A DNA stretch of 64,000 bases from a candidate division WWE3 bacterium (GCA_013335095.1 JAAXWF010000001.1:22797-86796); one strand, 5' to 3'. Numbered from the stretch's first letter, positions 38,079-48,111 are shown. Program-made: numbers and translations. The notes: generated by a model from the letters alone, not told the origin.

Positions 38079-40235
38079 ATGGAAAAGATAAAGAATTTGG
38101 TAAAAAATCACGCGGAAAAGATTGCACTAACTGCGGTTCTATTGGTTTCACTAACAATCGAAATAGCACTCTTATTAAAGAACGACTATGGTAATACCTA
38201 TTATGCGGCTGCAGTAAGAAGCATGCTTCAAAGCTGGCACAATTTCTTTTTTGTTTCATTTGACCCAGCCGGCTTCATATCTGTTGATAAGCCCCCATTT
38301 GGATTATGGATACAAACCGTTTCTGCGTTTATTTTTGGATATCATGGATGGTCACTTTTACTACCTCAAGCGCTTGCACATGTTGCATCAGTAGGAATTC
38401 TTTATATCTTGGTTAAAAAATACTACGGTACAATCTCGGCTTTAATATCGGCCTTTGTTTTATCAATTACACCAATTAGCGTAGCAGTCGCGAGTACCAA
38501 TCAACTTGATAGTACGCTTGTACTAATTCTCTTATTAGCGACATGGAGTCTGTTTACGAGCATCGAGACAAAAAAAATACTCTGGCTGATTATTTCATTT
38601 ATTCTTGTGGGTATTGGGTTTAATACCAAAATGATGGCTGCATATATGATCTTGCCGGCATTAGTTATAACTTACTTTTTTGCAATAAAAGGTCAATGGA
38701 AACAAAAAATTCTGAACCTGTCCATCGCAAGTGTATTTCTTGTCACGGTTTCCCTTTCTTGGGCAATCGCAGTTGATTTAACACCAGCACAAAATCGCCC
38801 GTATGTAGGATCAAGCGAAACAAATTCCGCCCTAAATCTAGCCTTAGGTTATAACGGATTACAACGCCTTACCGGAATGCAATTCGGTAAAACTGAAGCA
38901 ACAGAGCCGGTAGCACAATCAGATCAAAGCGCCCCAGAAACACCAACAGGAAATATACCCGATAAAGGCACGATGCCAGGACCTCAAGGCGGCGGACCAG
39001 GCGGTTTTTCTGGTCAACCGGGTGTATTCAGGTTATTTCAACAGAACTTAGGTGGACAGATCAGTTGGCTACTCCCGTTTGCAATGGCATCAATCTTTGT
39101 TGTACTCACTCGCAAAAGACTTCGCTGGCATCTTAGTAAAGAACAACATCCAACGATACTGTGGGGAATATGGCTCATTACCTGCGGAGTCGTGTTTAGC
39201 TTTGCTGGTTTTATGCATGAATATTACACCGTACTGATGGCTCCCGCATTGGCCGCCCTCGTTGGTATAGGCGCATCGATTTTATGGGGTGAGTATAAAG
39301 GGAACTCCTGGAGACAATGGGTTCTACCAATCGCCTTAGGAATAACCGCAATCGGACAATCCATAATTCTTTCTTACTTTTCTTCTTATCATTTCTTAAT
39401 ACCAATAATAGGTATCGGTGCCGGGGTATCAGCCTTAATTCTCTTAATTGCAAAATCGGGTTTACATAAAGCATTCTCCCGATATTTACTCGCAATGTAT
39501 ATCTTGGGTTTAACCAGCTTAGGTATTACTAGTGTTGTTTGGACATCGTATTCATTTACTCACCAAATTAACCAAACGATCGTTACCGCAGGGCCATCCG
39601 CCGAAGGAAATCGATTTGGATTTGCTGATGACAATAATCGAGATGGATTAAACGAAGATGCAGAAAACCAACAGAAGATGCCGCCAATTGGGATAGATGG
39701 TATGGGTGAATTCCGATCCATTAGTGATGATTTAATTGTGTACCTGGAACAACATCAAGAGAATGCGACATATCTCGTTGGGACCAGTTCTTCACATAGC
39801 GCGGATTCGATTATTATAAAAACGGGTAAGGCGGTTATGGCTATGGGTGGTTTTTCAGGATCAGACACCGCGATATCGCTTAAAGAATTAAAAAGTACGA
39901 TTGCTAATGGTGAAATCCGATATTTCATCACCGAATCAGATCGAAGTGGCTTTGGTAGCCAAGAGATGAATCGACAAATACATGATGGCACACAATTTTT
40001 GGATAATTCAAATCAAGATAATACGCAACCGTCACCACTTATGTTTGGTCAAAACAGGCCCCCTATGGGTGGTGACAGTAATCAGGGGCGGGTTGGATTT
40101 GGGGGGCAGAATTCAGAGATATCTGAGTGGATTACCAAACAATGTACACTCGTATCATCAGATGAGTGGCAATCTGATTCAACTGAATCACAACAACAAT
40201 CTACGTTATACGACTGCAAATCAGTGACACAATAA
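38079..40235 (+). CDS. ArnT/PMT-like (YkcB-like) GT-C glycosyltransferase
   Basis: YYAAAVRSM..SWHNFF..SFDP.GF..VDKPP, GFNTKM, RPYVGSS, GGFSGSD. Confidence 0.92.
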   Translation: MEKIKNLVKNHAEKIALTAVLLVSLTIEIALLLKNDYGNTYYAAAVRSMLQSWHNFFFVSFDPAGFISVDKPPFGLWIQTVSAFIFGYHGWSLLLPQALAHVASVGILYILVKKYYGTISALISAFVLSITPISVAVASTNQLDSTLVLILLLATWSLFTSIETKKILWLIISFILVGIGFNTKMMAAYMILPALVITYFFAIKGQWKQKILNLSIASVFLVTVSLSWAIAVDLTPAQNRPYVGSSETNSALNLALGYNGLQRLTGMQFGKTEATEPVAQSDQSAPETPTGNIPDKGTMPGPQGGGPGGFSGQPGVFRLFQQNLGGQISWLLPFAMASIFVVLTRKRLRWHLSKEQHPTILWGIWLITCGVVFSFAGFMHEYYTVLMAPALAALVGIGASILWGEYKGNSWRQWVLPIALGITAIGQSIILSYFSSYHFLIPIIGIGAGVSALILLIAKSGLHKAFSRYLLAMYILGLTSLGITSVVWTSYSFTHQINQTIVTAGPSAEGNRFGFADDNNRDGLNEDAENQQKMPPIGIDGMGEFRSISDDLIVYLEQHQENATYLVGTSSSHSADSIIIKTGKAVMAMGGFSGSDTAISLKELKSTIANGEIRYFITESDRSGFGSQEMNRQIHDGTQFLDNSNQDNTQPSPLMFGQNRPPMGGDSNQGRVGFGGQNSEISEWITKQCTLVSSDEWQSDSTESQQQSTLYDCKSVTQ

Positions 40236-40270
40236 TTCGCTCATTACTAAAAATTAGGTCATCTACTATA

Positions 40271-41002
40271 ATGCGAATCACACAGATAATTCATATGAAT
40301 GATTTTATTCCACGTCTAAAGAAAGAATTGCTCGACCTGAGTGATTCAGAAGCAGAGAAAAACGGAAAAAAGTTTTTTAAGGAAGAAGTACAGTTATATG
40401 GTATTAAATCCTCAATATTAAAAAAAGTTAGTACACAGTACTTCAACGAAATTAAACAGCTACAGAAAAAACATATTTTTGATATCTGTGAACAACTATG
40501 GAAATCGGAAATGCTCGAAGAACAAATCATTGCCTGCAATTGGTCCTATCACGTTAATACATCATATTCTAAAGACGACATCGAGGTGTTTGAAAAATGG
40601 CTCAATACATATGTATCGAACTGGGCTACCTGCGATACTTTTTGTAATCATTCTGTTGGAACAGTGGTTGAAATGTATCCTGATCTAATTGAGAGGGTCA
40701 TAAAGTGGACGCAATCACCCAACCGTTGGATGAAAAGAGGCGCAGCGGTATCATTAATAATTCCGGTACGGAAAGGTTTGTTTATCGATGAGGTATTCAA
40801 AATATCTGATTTATTGATAACGGATAAAGATGATCTTGTACAAAAAGGATATGGATGGATGCTAAAGGCTGCAAGTGAGTCATCAATTTCAACGGTGTAC
40901 CAGTACATGATTGAACATAAATCGATAATGCCCAGAACTGCACTACGGTACGGAACAGAAAAAATGCCTGAAGATATGCGCAAAAGAGTACTCGCAAAAT
41001 AA
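40271..41002 (+). CDS. DNA alkylation repair protein (AlkD-like); start may be 40295
   Basis: VSNWATCD, DDLVQKGYGWMLK, MPRTALRY. Confidence 0.9.
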   Translation: MRITQIIHMNDFIPRLKKELLDLSDSEAEKNGKKFFKEEVQLYGIKSSILKKVSTQYFNEIKQLQKKHIFDICEQLWKSEMLEEQIIACNWSYHVNTSYSKDDIEVFEKWLNTYVSNWATCDTFCNHSVGTVVEMYPDLIERVIKWTQSPNRWMKRGAAVSLIIPVRKGLFIDEVFKISDLLITDKDDLVQKGYGWMLKAASESSISTVYQYMIEHKSIMPRTALRYGTEKMPEDMRKRVLAK

Positions 41003-41863
41003 TTACGAACCGTACTGACCAGCTAGGATACCCAAGTCATACACATCAATCACACCGTTGTTTGTTAAATCACATCGTCGCATAACTTCGGTGCTTTCAC
41101 TGGTAATAGCTACATCATAGTATGACGCAAAGATACCGACATCAAAAACATTGACGATACCATCTTGATTAATATCAGCCGAGTGAGTTGGTGTAATAGA
41201 AACAGCTGGCCCAATCTGTATAGTTGAATTCTGTACTGCGGTTAGCTGGTCAGAAGGAGGGGTATTACCTATCACGTTTGAATCGTTCTTATTACCCGAT
41301 GAATATACCATTGTTAGTGTCGTTGATCCTGTTGCTAAAGGTTGAAAGACTAAGTCAAATAAAGGGTTGTTTTCATCGAGAGTACCTGAGAAACCTGATA
41401 GGGCTTGATTATTAACCGAATCATACGCCATGACACCTACATTTATAGTACCCGATGATTCAGCTTGATTTACGACCAACGTGCCGTTAAATGCGAAGTA
41501 GGAATCACTCGGTAAAAAAGTCCGCAAATTAGTACCTTCTGCTTTTGGCACTACCGAAACTAATCGCAACTTGGACCGATCATATGTAATTTGGACATCA
41601 ACTCCAGTCACAACACCACTATTTGTGTTTAATGTTACAGGGACATGCACCTCTGATCCAATCTGTGCGCTACTATTAAGCGGAAATCCAAGTTGGCTGG
41701 AAAATGCGAATGAACTGGAACCGGGAAATAATAATTGTAATAAACGTTTGCCACCAGAGGGAAAAGACACGGCAATAACAAGGAATACAATTAACCCAAC
41801 AGAACTTAATGTCACCAGAAGTGGATCCATCTTGGTTTTAGATTTCTTTTCGGTAGCTTCCAT
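41003..41863 (-). CDS. Membrane-anchored cohesin plus dockerin protein
   Basis: TM; VHVPVTL..VTGVDVQITYD..L.L..V..LF.LVF..GST.L cohesin pattern; C-terminal ADINQDG dockerin. Confidence 0.75.
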   Translation of the reverse strand: MEATEKKSKTKMDPLLVTLSSVGLIVFLVIAVSFPSGGKRLLQLLFPGSSSFAFSSQLGFPLNSSAQIGSEVHVPVTLNTNSGVVTGVDVQITYDRSKLRLVSVVPKAEGTNLRTFLPSDSYFAFNGTLVVNQAESSGTINVGVMAYDSVNNQALSGFSGTLDENNPLFDLVFQPLATGSTTLTMVYSSGNKNDSNVIGNTPPSDQLTAVQNSTIQIGPAVSITPTHSADINQDGIVNVFDVGIFASYYDVAITSESTEVMRRCDLTNNGVIDVYDLGILAGQYGS

Positions 41864-41887
41864 AGTTTTAGTAATTTCTATCTCGCA

Positions 41888-42460
41888 TTATACAATCAGT
41901 AATACAACACCCGAGATAACGAGCACCACAATTAATACGGAGAATAGATTAGTCGCATTTACCACTCCAGTATTCGGCAGATTATTGCTCGACCCGAGAG
42001 CGCTGGACGTTGGTGAGGGGGTAATAGTACTTGATGTGGGTGTTGGTGAAGGTGTTGATGTAGAAGAGGCTGCGACCGTTGGAGTCGGCGTATTACTTGG
42101 CGTTGGAGTAGGAGTACTTGTAGGTGCCGTACAAACGGAAGCCTGATAATTTGGATCCAGGTAATATACGACATCAGCTAGATGAGACCCTGGTATTAGC
42201 GAGGTAATATCAGTACCGCATGGATTGCCTTGATGAGGAGTACTGCGGGTTCCTTTTTCAAAAATATTGTTGTTATAGATATACAGACATCGAGAATCAG
42301 CAGCAACTTCGTCAACAGTCATACACGTTTGTGAGTGGACAATTAAATGATGTCGAATAAACAATAAATATGCAGCTGAAAAAGCAATTATCGACACCGC
42401 GAATAACCGCCGAACAGAATATCTTGAATTAAGTACTTTCGTATATAATAGCCTGCGCAT
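41888..42460 (-). CDS. Exported cytochrome-b5-like protein with PT linker and LPNTG/TM C-terminal anchor
   Basis: TVDEV..CLYIYNNNIFE..H.G..CGTDIT....H; LPNTG followed by a hydrophobic tail. Confidence 0.6.
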   Translation of the reverse strand: MRRLLYTKVLNSRYSVRRLFAVSIIAFSAAYLLFIRHHLIVHSQTCMTVDEVAADSRCLYIYNNNIFEKGTRSTPHQGNPCGTDITSLIPGSHLADVVYYLDPNYQASVCTAPTSTPTPTPSNTPTPTVAASSTSTPSPTPTSSTITPSPTSSALGSSNNLPNTGVVNATNLFSVLIVVLVISGVVLLIV

Positions 42461-42508
42461 TATAAATGTGAAATGGTTATAGATAATGTTATCATAAAAA
42501 AAGTACCC

Positions 42509-43813
42509 ATGAATATATTAAAAAAAAACGTTGGATGGATAGTACTAATAGTACTGTGCTTAGTACCTCTGGTTATGTGGTGGCCACTTATTCCTATGAG
42601 CTTACGCTTTCGTAAGCCGGTTAACACGCTCACAACCATCACTCAAATATCCGGATTAATCGGGATGGTAATGTTTGCCTACTCGCTAATACTGAGTGCC
42701 CGCATTAAAATATTTGAAAAATTATTCGGTGGATTGAACCGAGTATATTTAGCCCACCATCAAATTGGCGGCATTGCTTTTATACTAATAATGCTTCATC
42801 CACTATCGGTGCTTGCGGCATACGCTCCGATATCGCTTGATTTGGCGATTAGGTACATAATTCCCTCTTCCGACTGGGCAAATAATTTTGGCCTGCTTGC
42901 GTTTGTATTACTAATGGCGGCGTTGGTAATCACGTATTACACCAAATTACCGTATGAAATCTGGCGATGGACTCATAAAGTACTTGGAATATCATTGGCA
43001 ATAGGAGTGCTGCACACGCTCCAGGTTTCCAGTGACATTAAAAGAAATGCCCCCCTCCGCTATTATTACTTAGCTCTGATTGGCATTGCATTAGTTCTTT
43101 TTCTTTACCGAAGTGTGTTGAGCAGATTATTGGTTAAAAAATATCGATACAAGGTTAAGTCAGTAACATCCCCCGTAGCTAATGTTGTAGCGATAGAGTT
43201 TTCTCCTTTAGCCAAGCCGATGACGTATGAAGCTGGTCAGTTCGTCTTTTTACAGCTAAAAGATAAGACCGTTGGTATGGAATCGCACCCGTTCTCAATA
43301 GCTTCAGCACCGACTTCAACCGACTTACGAATTGTTATTAAATCATTAGGGAACTACACCGCTAAACTAACTGCAATTCAGCCTGGTACCGAAGCGTTAA
43401 TAGAAGGACCGTTTGGTAGGTTTAATTATACCCATTATCAATTTACTAATCAGATCTGGGTTGCTGGTGGTATTGGGATTACTCCATTTTTAAGCATGGC
43501 ACAAAGTTTACAGGACCCTAATTATTCAGTTACGCTCTTTTACAGCGTCATTACCGAAGCAGAGCTCATCTATAGAGAGATCTTTGAACAAATCGCAGCA
43601 AATAACCCCAATTTCAAGTTTTATCCATTTATCTCAGAAAAACAAAAACGTATAACTGGTGATTTTGTAATCGAACAAGCCGGATATGATATTACCAAGA
43701 CGGATTTCTTGGTATGTGGACCACCGCCAATGATGAAGAGCCTACGAGAACAAATTCACAATCGAGGGGTATCATATGGCAGAATCCATACCGAAGAGTT
43801 TACAATGAACTAA
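42509..43813 (+). CDS. Ferric reductase-like transmembrane flavocytochrome (heme TM, FAD- and NAD-binding domains)
   Basis: HH..G, MLHP, WRWTH, VLH; HPFSIAS, EGPFG, AGGIGITPF, CGPPPM, EEF. Confidence 0.92.
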   Translation: MNILKKNVGWIVLIVLCLVPLVMWWPLIPMSLRFRKPVNTLTTITQISGLIGMVMFAYSLILSARIKIFEKLFGGLNRVYLAHHQIGGIAFILIMLHPLSVLAAYAPISLDLAIRYIIPSSDWANNFGLLAFVLLMAALVITYYTKLPYEIWRWTHKVLGISLAIGVLHTLQVSSDIKRNAPLRYYYLALIGIALVLFLYRSVLSRLLVKKYRYKVKSVTSPVANVVAIEFSPLAKPMTYEAGQFVFLQLKDKTVGMESHPFSIASAPTSTDLRIVIKSLGNYTAKLTAIQPGTEALIEGPFGRFNYTHYQFTNQIWVAGGIGITPFLSMAQSLQDPNYSVTLFYSVITEAELIYREIFEQIAANNPNFKFYPFISEKQKRITGDFVIEQAGYDITKTDFLVCGPPPMMKSLREQIHNRGVSYGRIHTEEFTMN

Positions 43814-43816
43814 ACG

Positions 43817-44203
43817 ATGCTTAAAAAATTGATTGGTCTAGTATTAATACTATTTTGGTCAGCTGTGTATGGGATTATGTACCTACAAATACAAGCCAAA
43901 CCTCAACAGAATCAAGTCTCACCAACTCCGTCACCAACATCGAAACCAACTCCGACAGTTGAACTAGATGCAGTAACTGAAATATTGACCGAAACTCAGA
44001 AAAACCTCGTTCAAAACGTTGTAAAAAATTACATTACTAATGCCAGTATTTTACATACTCAATATAATAGTCAGCAAGACAAATATGAAGTTATTACTGC
44101 ATTACCAAAAGGAGACAGCATTGAAATTTATGAGTTATATATTTCTCCTGCAGGTAAAGTAACTCAAACGAAATTACTATATCCTTTATTGCAGAATAAC
44201 TAA
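43817..44203 (+). CDS. Small anchored exoprotein, PepSY-like C-terminus
   Basis: TM, PT linker, YEV...YELYISPAGKV. Confidence 0.55.
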   Translation: MLKKLIGLVLILFWSAVYGIMYLQIQAKPQQNQVSPTPSPTSKPTPTVELDAVTEILTETQKNLVQNVVKNYITNASILHTQYNSQQDKYEVITALPKGDSIEIYELYISPAGKVTQTKLLYPLLQNN

Positions 44204-44223
44204 AGGATGGTACGATAAACACA

Positions 44224-45057
44224 ATGAACACACTTAAATTCGAGTTTATTAATCTTTTTTCTCTAATAAGAAAGCATAAGCTTCGTACCGTGTTAGTGTT
44301 TTTAGTAACCTATTTTTCGCTCCAAACCGTATATTACATAACGTATATGAAAAAAGTCTCCGCTCAAACCTGCTTTACTCAAGCAATGCTTGATGCCGAA
44401 AGAGATCAACAAAAGCGATGTCTGTATGCATATAACGGAGAAGTTTGGGATCCATCTGGCGGTAGTTTTAGATTACATAAAAGTCAACCGTGTGCTGAAG
44501 ACGTATATTGTACGATAGTAAATGTACATTTTGTTAACGATAACATTATTGATCGAATAAAAGATGTTAGTCGATATTTCAGACCATCATTATATGTAGG
44601 AACAATATGTTCCGGCGAGACAATTAGAAAATCAGCAGGCTCAAAAACAGATACATCAAGCGCCATTTGTAGTGGGGCGACATCAACTCCGACACCGACA
44701 AGAACTCCCACGCCATCACCAACTCGAACCCCGACGCCGACAGCAACCAAAACGCCAACTCCAACACAGGGAACAACACCGACGATTCAACCAACAGCAA
44801 CAAGTACACCACGACCGAGCAATACACCAACGATATCGCCAACACGTACCCCGACACCAACAACACCAGCCAATCATTGCCAACCATCAGGAGATGTTGA
44901 TTGTTCAGGAAAAGTAAATGCGCTTGATGCAGCTATTGTCATGATGGCACTCGGACAACCATCATCAACTAATCCTGCTGCAGATATAAATAACTCAGGC
45001 ACAATAGATGTTGAAGATTTGAGGATTGTTACAACGGCTTACGGGACACAGCTGTAA
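44224..45057 (+). CDS. Exported cytochrome-b5-like protein with PT linker and dockerin
   Basis: QTCFT..CLYAYNGEVWD..H..PCAED..H, paralogous to 41888-42460; GDVDCSG/ADINNSG dockerin. Confidence 0.6.
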   Translation: MNTLKFEFINLFSLIRKHKLRTVLVFLVTYFSLQTVYYITYMKKVSAQTCFTQAMLDAERDQQKRCLYAYNGEVWDPSGGSFRLHKSQPCAEDVYCTIVNVHFVNDNIIDRIKDVSRYFRPSLYVGTICSGETIRKSAGSKTDTSSAICSGATSTPTPTRTPTPSPTRTPTPTATKTPTPTQGTTPTIQPTATSTPRPSNTPTISPTRTPTPTTPANHCQPSGDVDCSGKVNALDAAIVMMALGQPSSTNPAADINNSGTIDVEDLRIVTTAYGTQL

Positions 45058-45068
45058 TTATATTTACT

Positions 45069-45698
45069 CTATTTCCAACTCTTAATAAAGTCTTCCGAAG
45101 AAACGACCCGTGAAAATAAATAAGGAAAAGTATACTCAAGTAAGTGTCGTTGAATAATCTGTCGCGTTTTGACATCGGTTGTTTCAACAAGATCCTTTAG
45201 GACAACAAGGCTATAGCCCTTCGAAAAGCCGCCAACAACTGAGGCTAAAATACACCCATCGGTAAAGACGCCGGTTACTACAACGTAGCGCACTCCTCTT
45301 TCTGCGAGTATTTCATTCAAGTTAGCCATAGCAAACGCATCGTTGGTATTCTTTTCGGCAATTAAGTCTTGTGGTTGCGGTTCAATTTTATAGAACTGTT
45401 CCGAAAATCCAGTTGTATCTTTTGAATAATAAGCGAACTGCTCATCGCTATACAATTCGTTTACATTATCGGCTAGATATTCTTTGCGCCAAGGGACGGT
45501 CTTTCCGAAGATAACAGGCCCCCCCACTACTAGCCGGAATCTCTGGATAAATGGCTCTAGCCGGTCTACCATTTTGCGTATCGCCGAAAAGTGTATATTC
45601 CACTCTGGGATTTCGCAATCTGCATGGGCACACGAATTTATGACATCAACAATCAGCAAGGCGGTATTACTCGAATTCATTTTTTCAAAAGGTTTCAT
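45069..45698 (-). CDS. Isochorismatase/cysteine hydrolase
   Basis: ALLIVDVIN, EKNTNDAF, GVFTDGC. Confidence 0.88.
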   Translation of the reverse strand: MKPFEKMNSSNTALLIVDVINSCAHADCEIPEWNIHFSAIRKMVDRLEPFIQRFRLVVGGPVIFGKTVPWRKEYLADNVNELYSDEQFAYYSKDTTGFSEQFYKIEPQPQDLIAEKNTNDAFAMANLNEILAERGVRYVVVTGVFTDGCILASVVGGFSKGYSLVVLKDLVETTDVKTRQIIQRHLLEYTFPYLFSRVVSSEDFIKSWK

Positions 45699-45764
45699 AA
45701 AATCATCATATCACTATAATTTCTCTATAATCAAAAACACGCTATAAGCTGGTATAATCACCGA

Positions 45765-46343
45765 ATGAGACTATTTCTTTGTCGCCATGGCCAAACAACA
45801 GGAGATGTTGAAGATCGATACGGCGGAAATTATGACGATCACCTCACCGAATTAGGAAAACAACAAGCTCAACAGCTCGCAGACTTTTTGGCTAAACAGG
45901 ATGTAAAAAAACTATACGCGAGCCCACTGATGCGTGCTCAGGAAACAGCTATGGTTGTTGCCGATGCGATTCAATTACCTGTTACAACATACTCGGATCT
46001 ACGTGAGCGTAATCATTACGGAATTTTGACTGGAATGATCAAAGCAGACGCATTACGCCAATACCCCGACCAGGTAGCATTACTTGCTAATACACATAAC
46101 ACGGTAGAACAAGCTGAACCGTATGTGTTTTTTCAAGAAAGGATACAAATGGCTCTTTCTGAAATTACCACTGAAAATGCATCACCGATAGCGATAATCA
46201 CTCACGGTGGGCCGATTCGGCTTGTATTTCGTGAATTACTTAAAAAAGGAGAGATTAATATTGAGGATTGTGCAATTGCGACCATTGAGTACCAGTCCAA
46301 TACGTGGACCCTTATTCAATCAGTTGGTATTTCTAACCGATAA
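45765..46343 (+). CDS. Histidine phosphatase family protein
   Basis: RHG, SPL.RA.ETA, LRE, THGG. Confidence 0.92.
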   Translation: MRLFLCRHGQTTGDVEDRYGGNYDDHLTELGKQQAQQLADFLAKQDVKKLYASPLMRAQETAMVVADAIQLPVTTYSDLRERNHYGILTGMIKADALRQYPDQVALLANTHNTVEQAEPYVFFQERIQMALSEITTENASPIAIITHGGPIRLVFRELLKKGEINIEDCAIATIEYQSNTWTLIQSVGISNR

Positions 46344-46393
46344 ATAATTTGCGTATATGGATCACAGTAGCTACAATAAAATAAAGGGAAAAG

Positions 46394-46867
46394 ATGCAAA
46401 CAATTACTCCGTTTCTCTGGTTTAATAATAACGCTGAAGAGGCAATCAACTTATACACATCTTTATTCAAAGATTCTAAAATATATTCTATTACCCATTA
46501 TCCAAATGATTCCGGTGAAATGTCAGGAAAGGTATTAACAGCGGTGTTTGATATAAATGGCCAACGTCTTATGGCTCTGGACGGCGGACCAACATTTATG
46601 CTCTCCGAAGCTTTTTCTTTATTTGTCGAATGTGATACTCAAGAAGAAGTCGATTTTTTATGGGAAAAATTACTTGAGGGAGGAACACCGCAGCAATGTG
46701 GTTGGCTTAAAGATAGATTCGGATTGTCGTGGCAAATTATCCCTAAAGCATTAGGCAAATTAATGAATGATCCGGATCCTCAAAAATCACAAAGAGTTAT
46801 ACAAGCAATGTTATCAATGGTAAAAATTGATATTAAAGTATTGGAAGACGCATACAACGGAACATAA
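46394..46867 (+). CDS. VOC/PhnB-like (3-demethylubiquinone-9 3-methyltransferase family) protein
   Basis: ITPFLWF, CGWLKDRFGLSWQI. Confidence 0.92.
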   Translation: MQTITPFLWFNNNAEEAINLYTSLFKDSKIYSITHYPNDSGEMSGKVLTAVFDINGQRLMALDGGPTFMLSEAFSLFVECDTQEEVDFLWEKLLEGGTPQQCGWLKDRFGLSWQIIPKALGKLMNDPDPQKSQRVIQAMLSMVKIDIKVLEDAYNGT

Positions 46868-46870
46868 AAA

Positions 46871-46892
46871 GCCCCCATGTTTCCATGAGGGC
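46871..46892 (-). terminator. Repeated terminator, copy 4 (compensatory variant)
   Basis: GCCCCCATGTTTCCATGAGGGC: one G-C pair replaced by A-T. Confidence 0.85.
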
Positions 46893-46920
46893 ATCAGTAT
46901 CACCCAAGATCACCGAATAT

Positions 46921-47301
46921 CTACTCCCCCTCTGCTTCAGAAGGTTCAGCGAGAGCCTCAAAGAGCCCCATTGCTACGCAATTGAGCGTAAATAACGCCA
47001 TCATCACAGGCTTCATGTCATCGCCTGGATTTTTAAGCTTGATCGCTCCGACGAGGAGCAATTGTACACCCGGTTTAATGCCTTTAACGTCCAGCTTTGC
47101 AGTAAAGCCATCTGGATCCAGTAGATCAGCGAACCTAATGACATCATCGTTACCAGTGAGCAGAACGATTGCAGCATTCTGCTCAACCATGGGAACGGTG
47201 ATTGTAACTTTGCCGTCATCGGCAATCGCAATCGTACTACCGGGAACCCCAAGCCGAGTCCGAAGGAAATCGTACAAAGTCGATTTTGGAGCGTCGTCCA
47301 T
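46921..47301 (-). CDS. Orphan protein
   Basis: GGGGAG SD; TTGACT-N17-TACAAT promoter; repeated terminator. Confidence 0.7.
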   Translation of the reverse strand: MDDAPKSTLYDFLRTRLGVPGSTIAIADDGKVTITVPMVEQNAAIVLLTGNDDVIRFADLLDPDGFTAKLDVKGIKPGVQLLLVGAIKLKNPGDDMKPVMMALFTLNCVAMGLFEALAEPSEAEGE

Positions 47302-47385
47302 AGGGAAACTCCCCTTCCAACATAGTCCGGAGAAAAACGCAGTTGTATTGTACGGTAACTACCCAGCAAAGTCAAAACTATGGGA

Positions 47386-48111
47386 TTAAATTAGTTTACT
47401 TTCCCCGGTATAAAAAAGACGACCTTTTGTAATGATTAAGACTAAAATAGCATATACAATAAGCAAAGTACTGTAGGTAGAAACAAAACTATTCTCTTTA
47501 ACTAAATACACAATATTGTTAGTAATATGAAAAATGATTGGAGCGATTATCGACCCACGATTGATATTTAATGATGAGGTCAATAAGATTGCTCCGAAAA
47601 ACAACGACACAATAAACCCTACGACCATAAATGAAGAATTAAACTGGAACCGATACCAAAACATAGGAGCATGCCATACCGCCCATACAATCGTTAATAT
47701 GCCGGTCGCCAGAAGCGGTGAAAATCGTTGCTGCAATGTAGGGATAGCATATCCTCGCCAGCCGATCTCTTCAAATATTCCATATACTAAGCTGGACACA
47801 GTTATTAATAAAAAATCCGAGTTATCAATAGAAACCGGGCCCGAAAACGTAATCGTGATACCTCCAAGTAATAATGGAGAGACACTAAAAAGTAATGCTT
47901 TCCATGAAGCAAGCCTGAATATATTTTTTAAGTACATTGCCGATCCAGCTTCAAATCGTTTAATAACATAAATAGCCGCAATAGTCGGACCAAAAGAGCC
48001 AACCGCATGCCAATGCGGGTCAATCCAAGCGAAAGCCAAAGGAATCGTAACGATCCACGTACAAACATATGCCAAAATAAAATAGAGTATTAATTTATTG
48101 TTAAAATTCAA
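47386..48111 (-). CDS. CPBP/Abi (CAAX) intramembrane metalloprotease
   Basis: EEIGWRG, WAVWHAP, HITNN. Confidence 0.92.
   Translation of the reverse strand: MNFNNKLILYFILAYVCTWIVTIPLAFAWIDPHWHAVGSFGPTIAAIYVIKRFEAGSAMYLKNIFRLASWKALLFSVSPLLLGGITITFSGPVSIDNSDFLLITVSSLVYGIFEEIGWRGYAIPTLQQRFSPLLATGILTIVWAVWHAPMFWYRFQFNSSFMVVGFIVSLFFGAILLTSSLNINRGSIIAPIIFHITNNIVYLVKENSFVSTYSTLLIVYAILVLIITKGRLFYTGESKLI

Noticed and set aside
44680-44870. Pro/Thr codon repeats (also near 10900-10980, 33230-33300 and 42010-42120) and GGN repeats at 5160-5255
   Set aside because: Low-complexity protein linkers or tails, not DNA repeat elements
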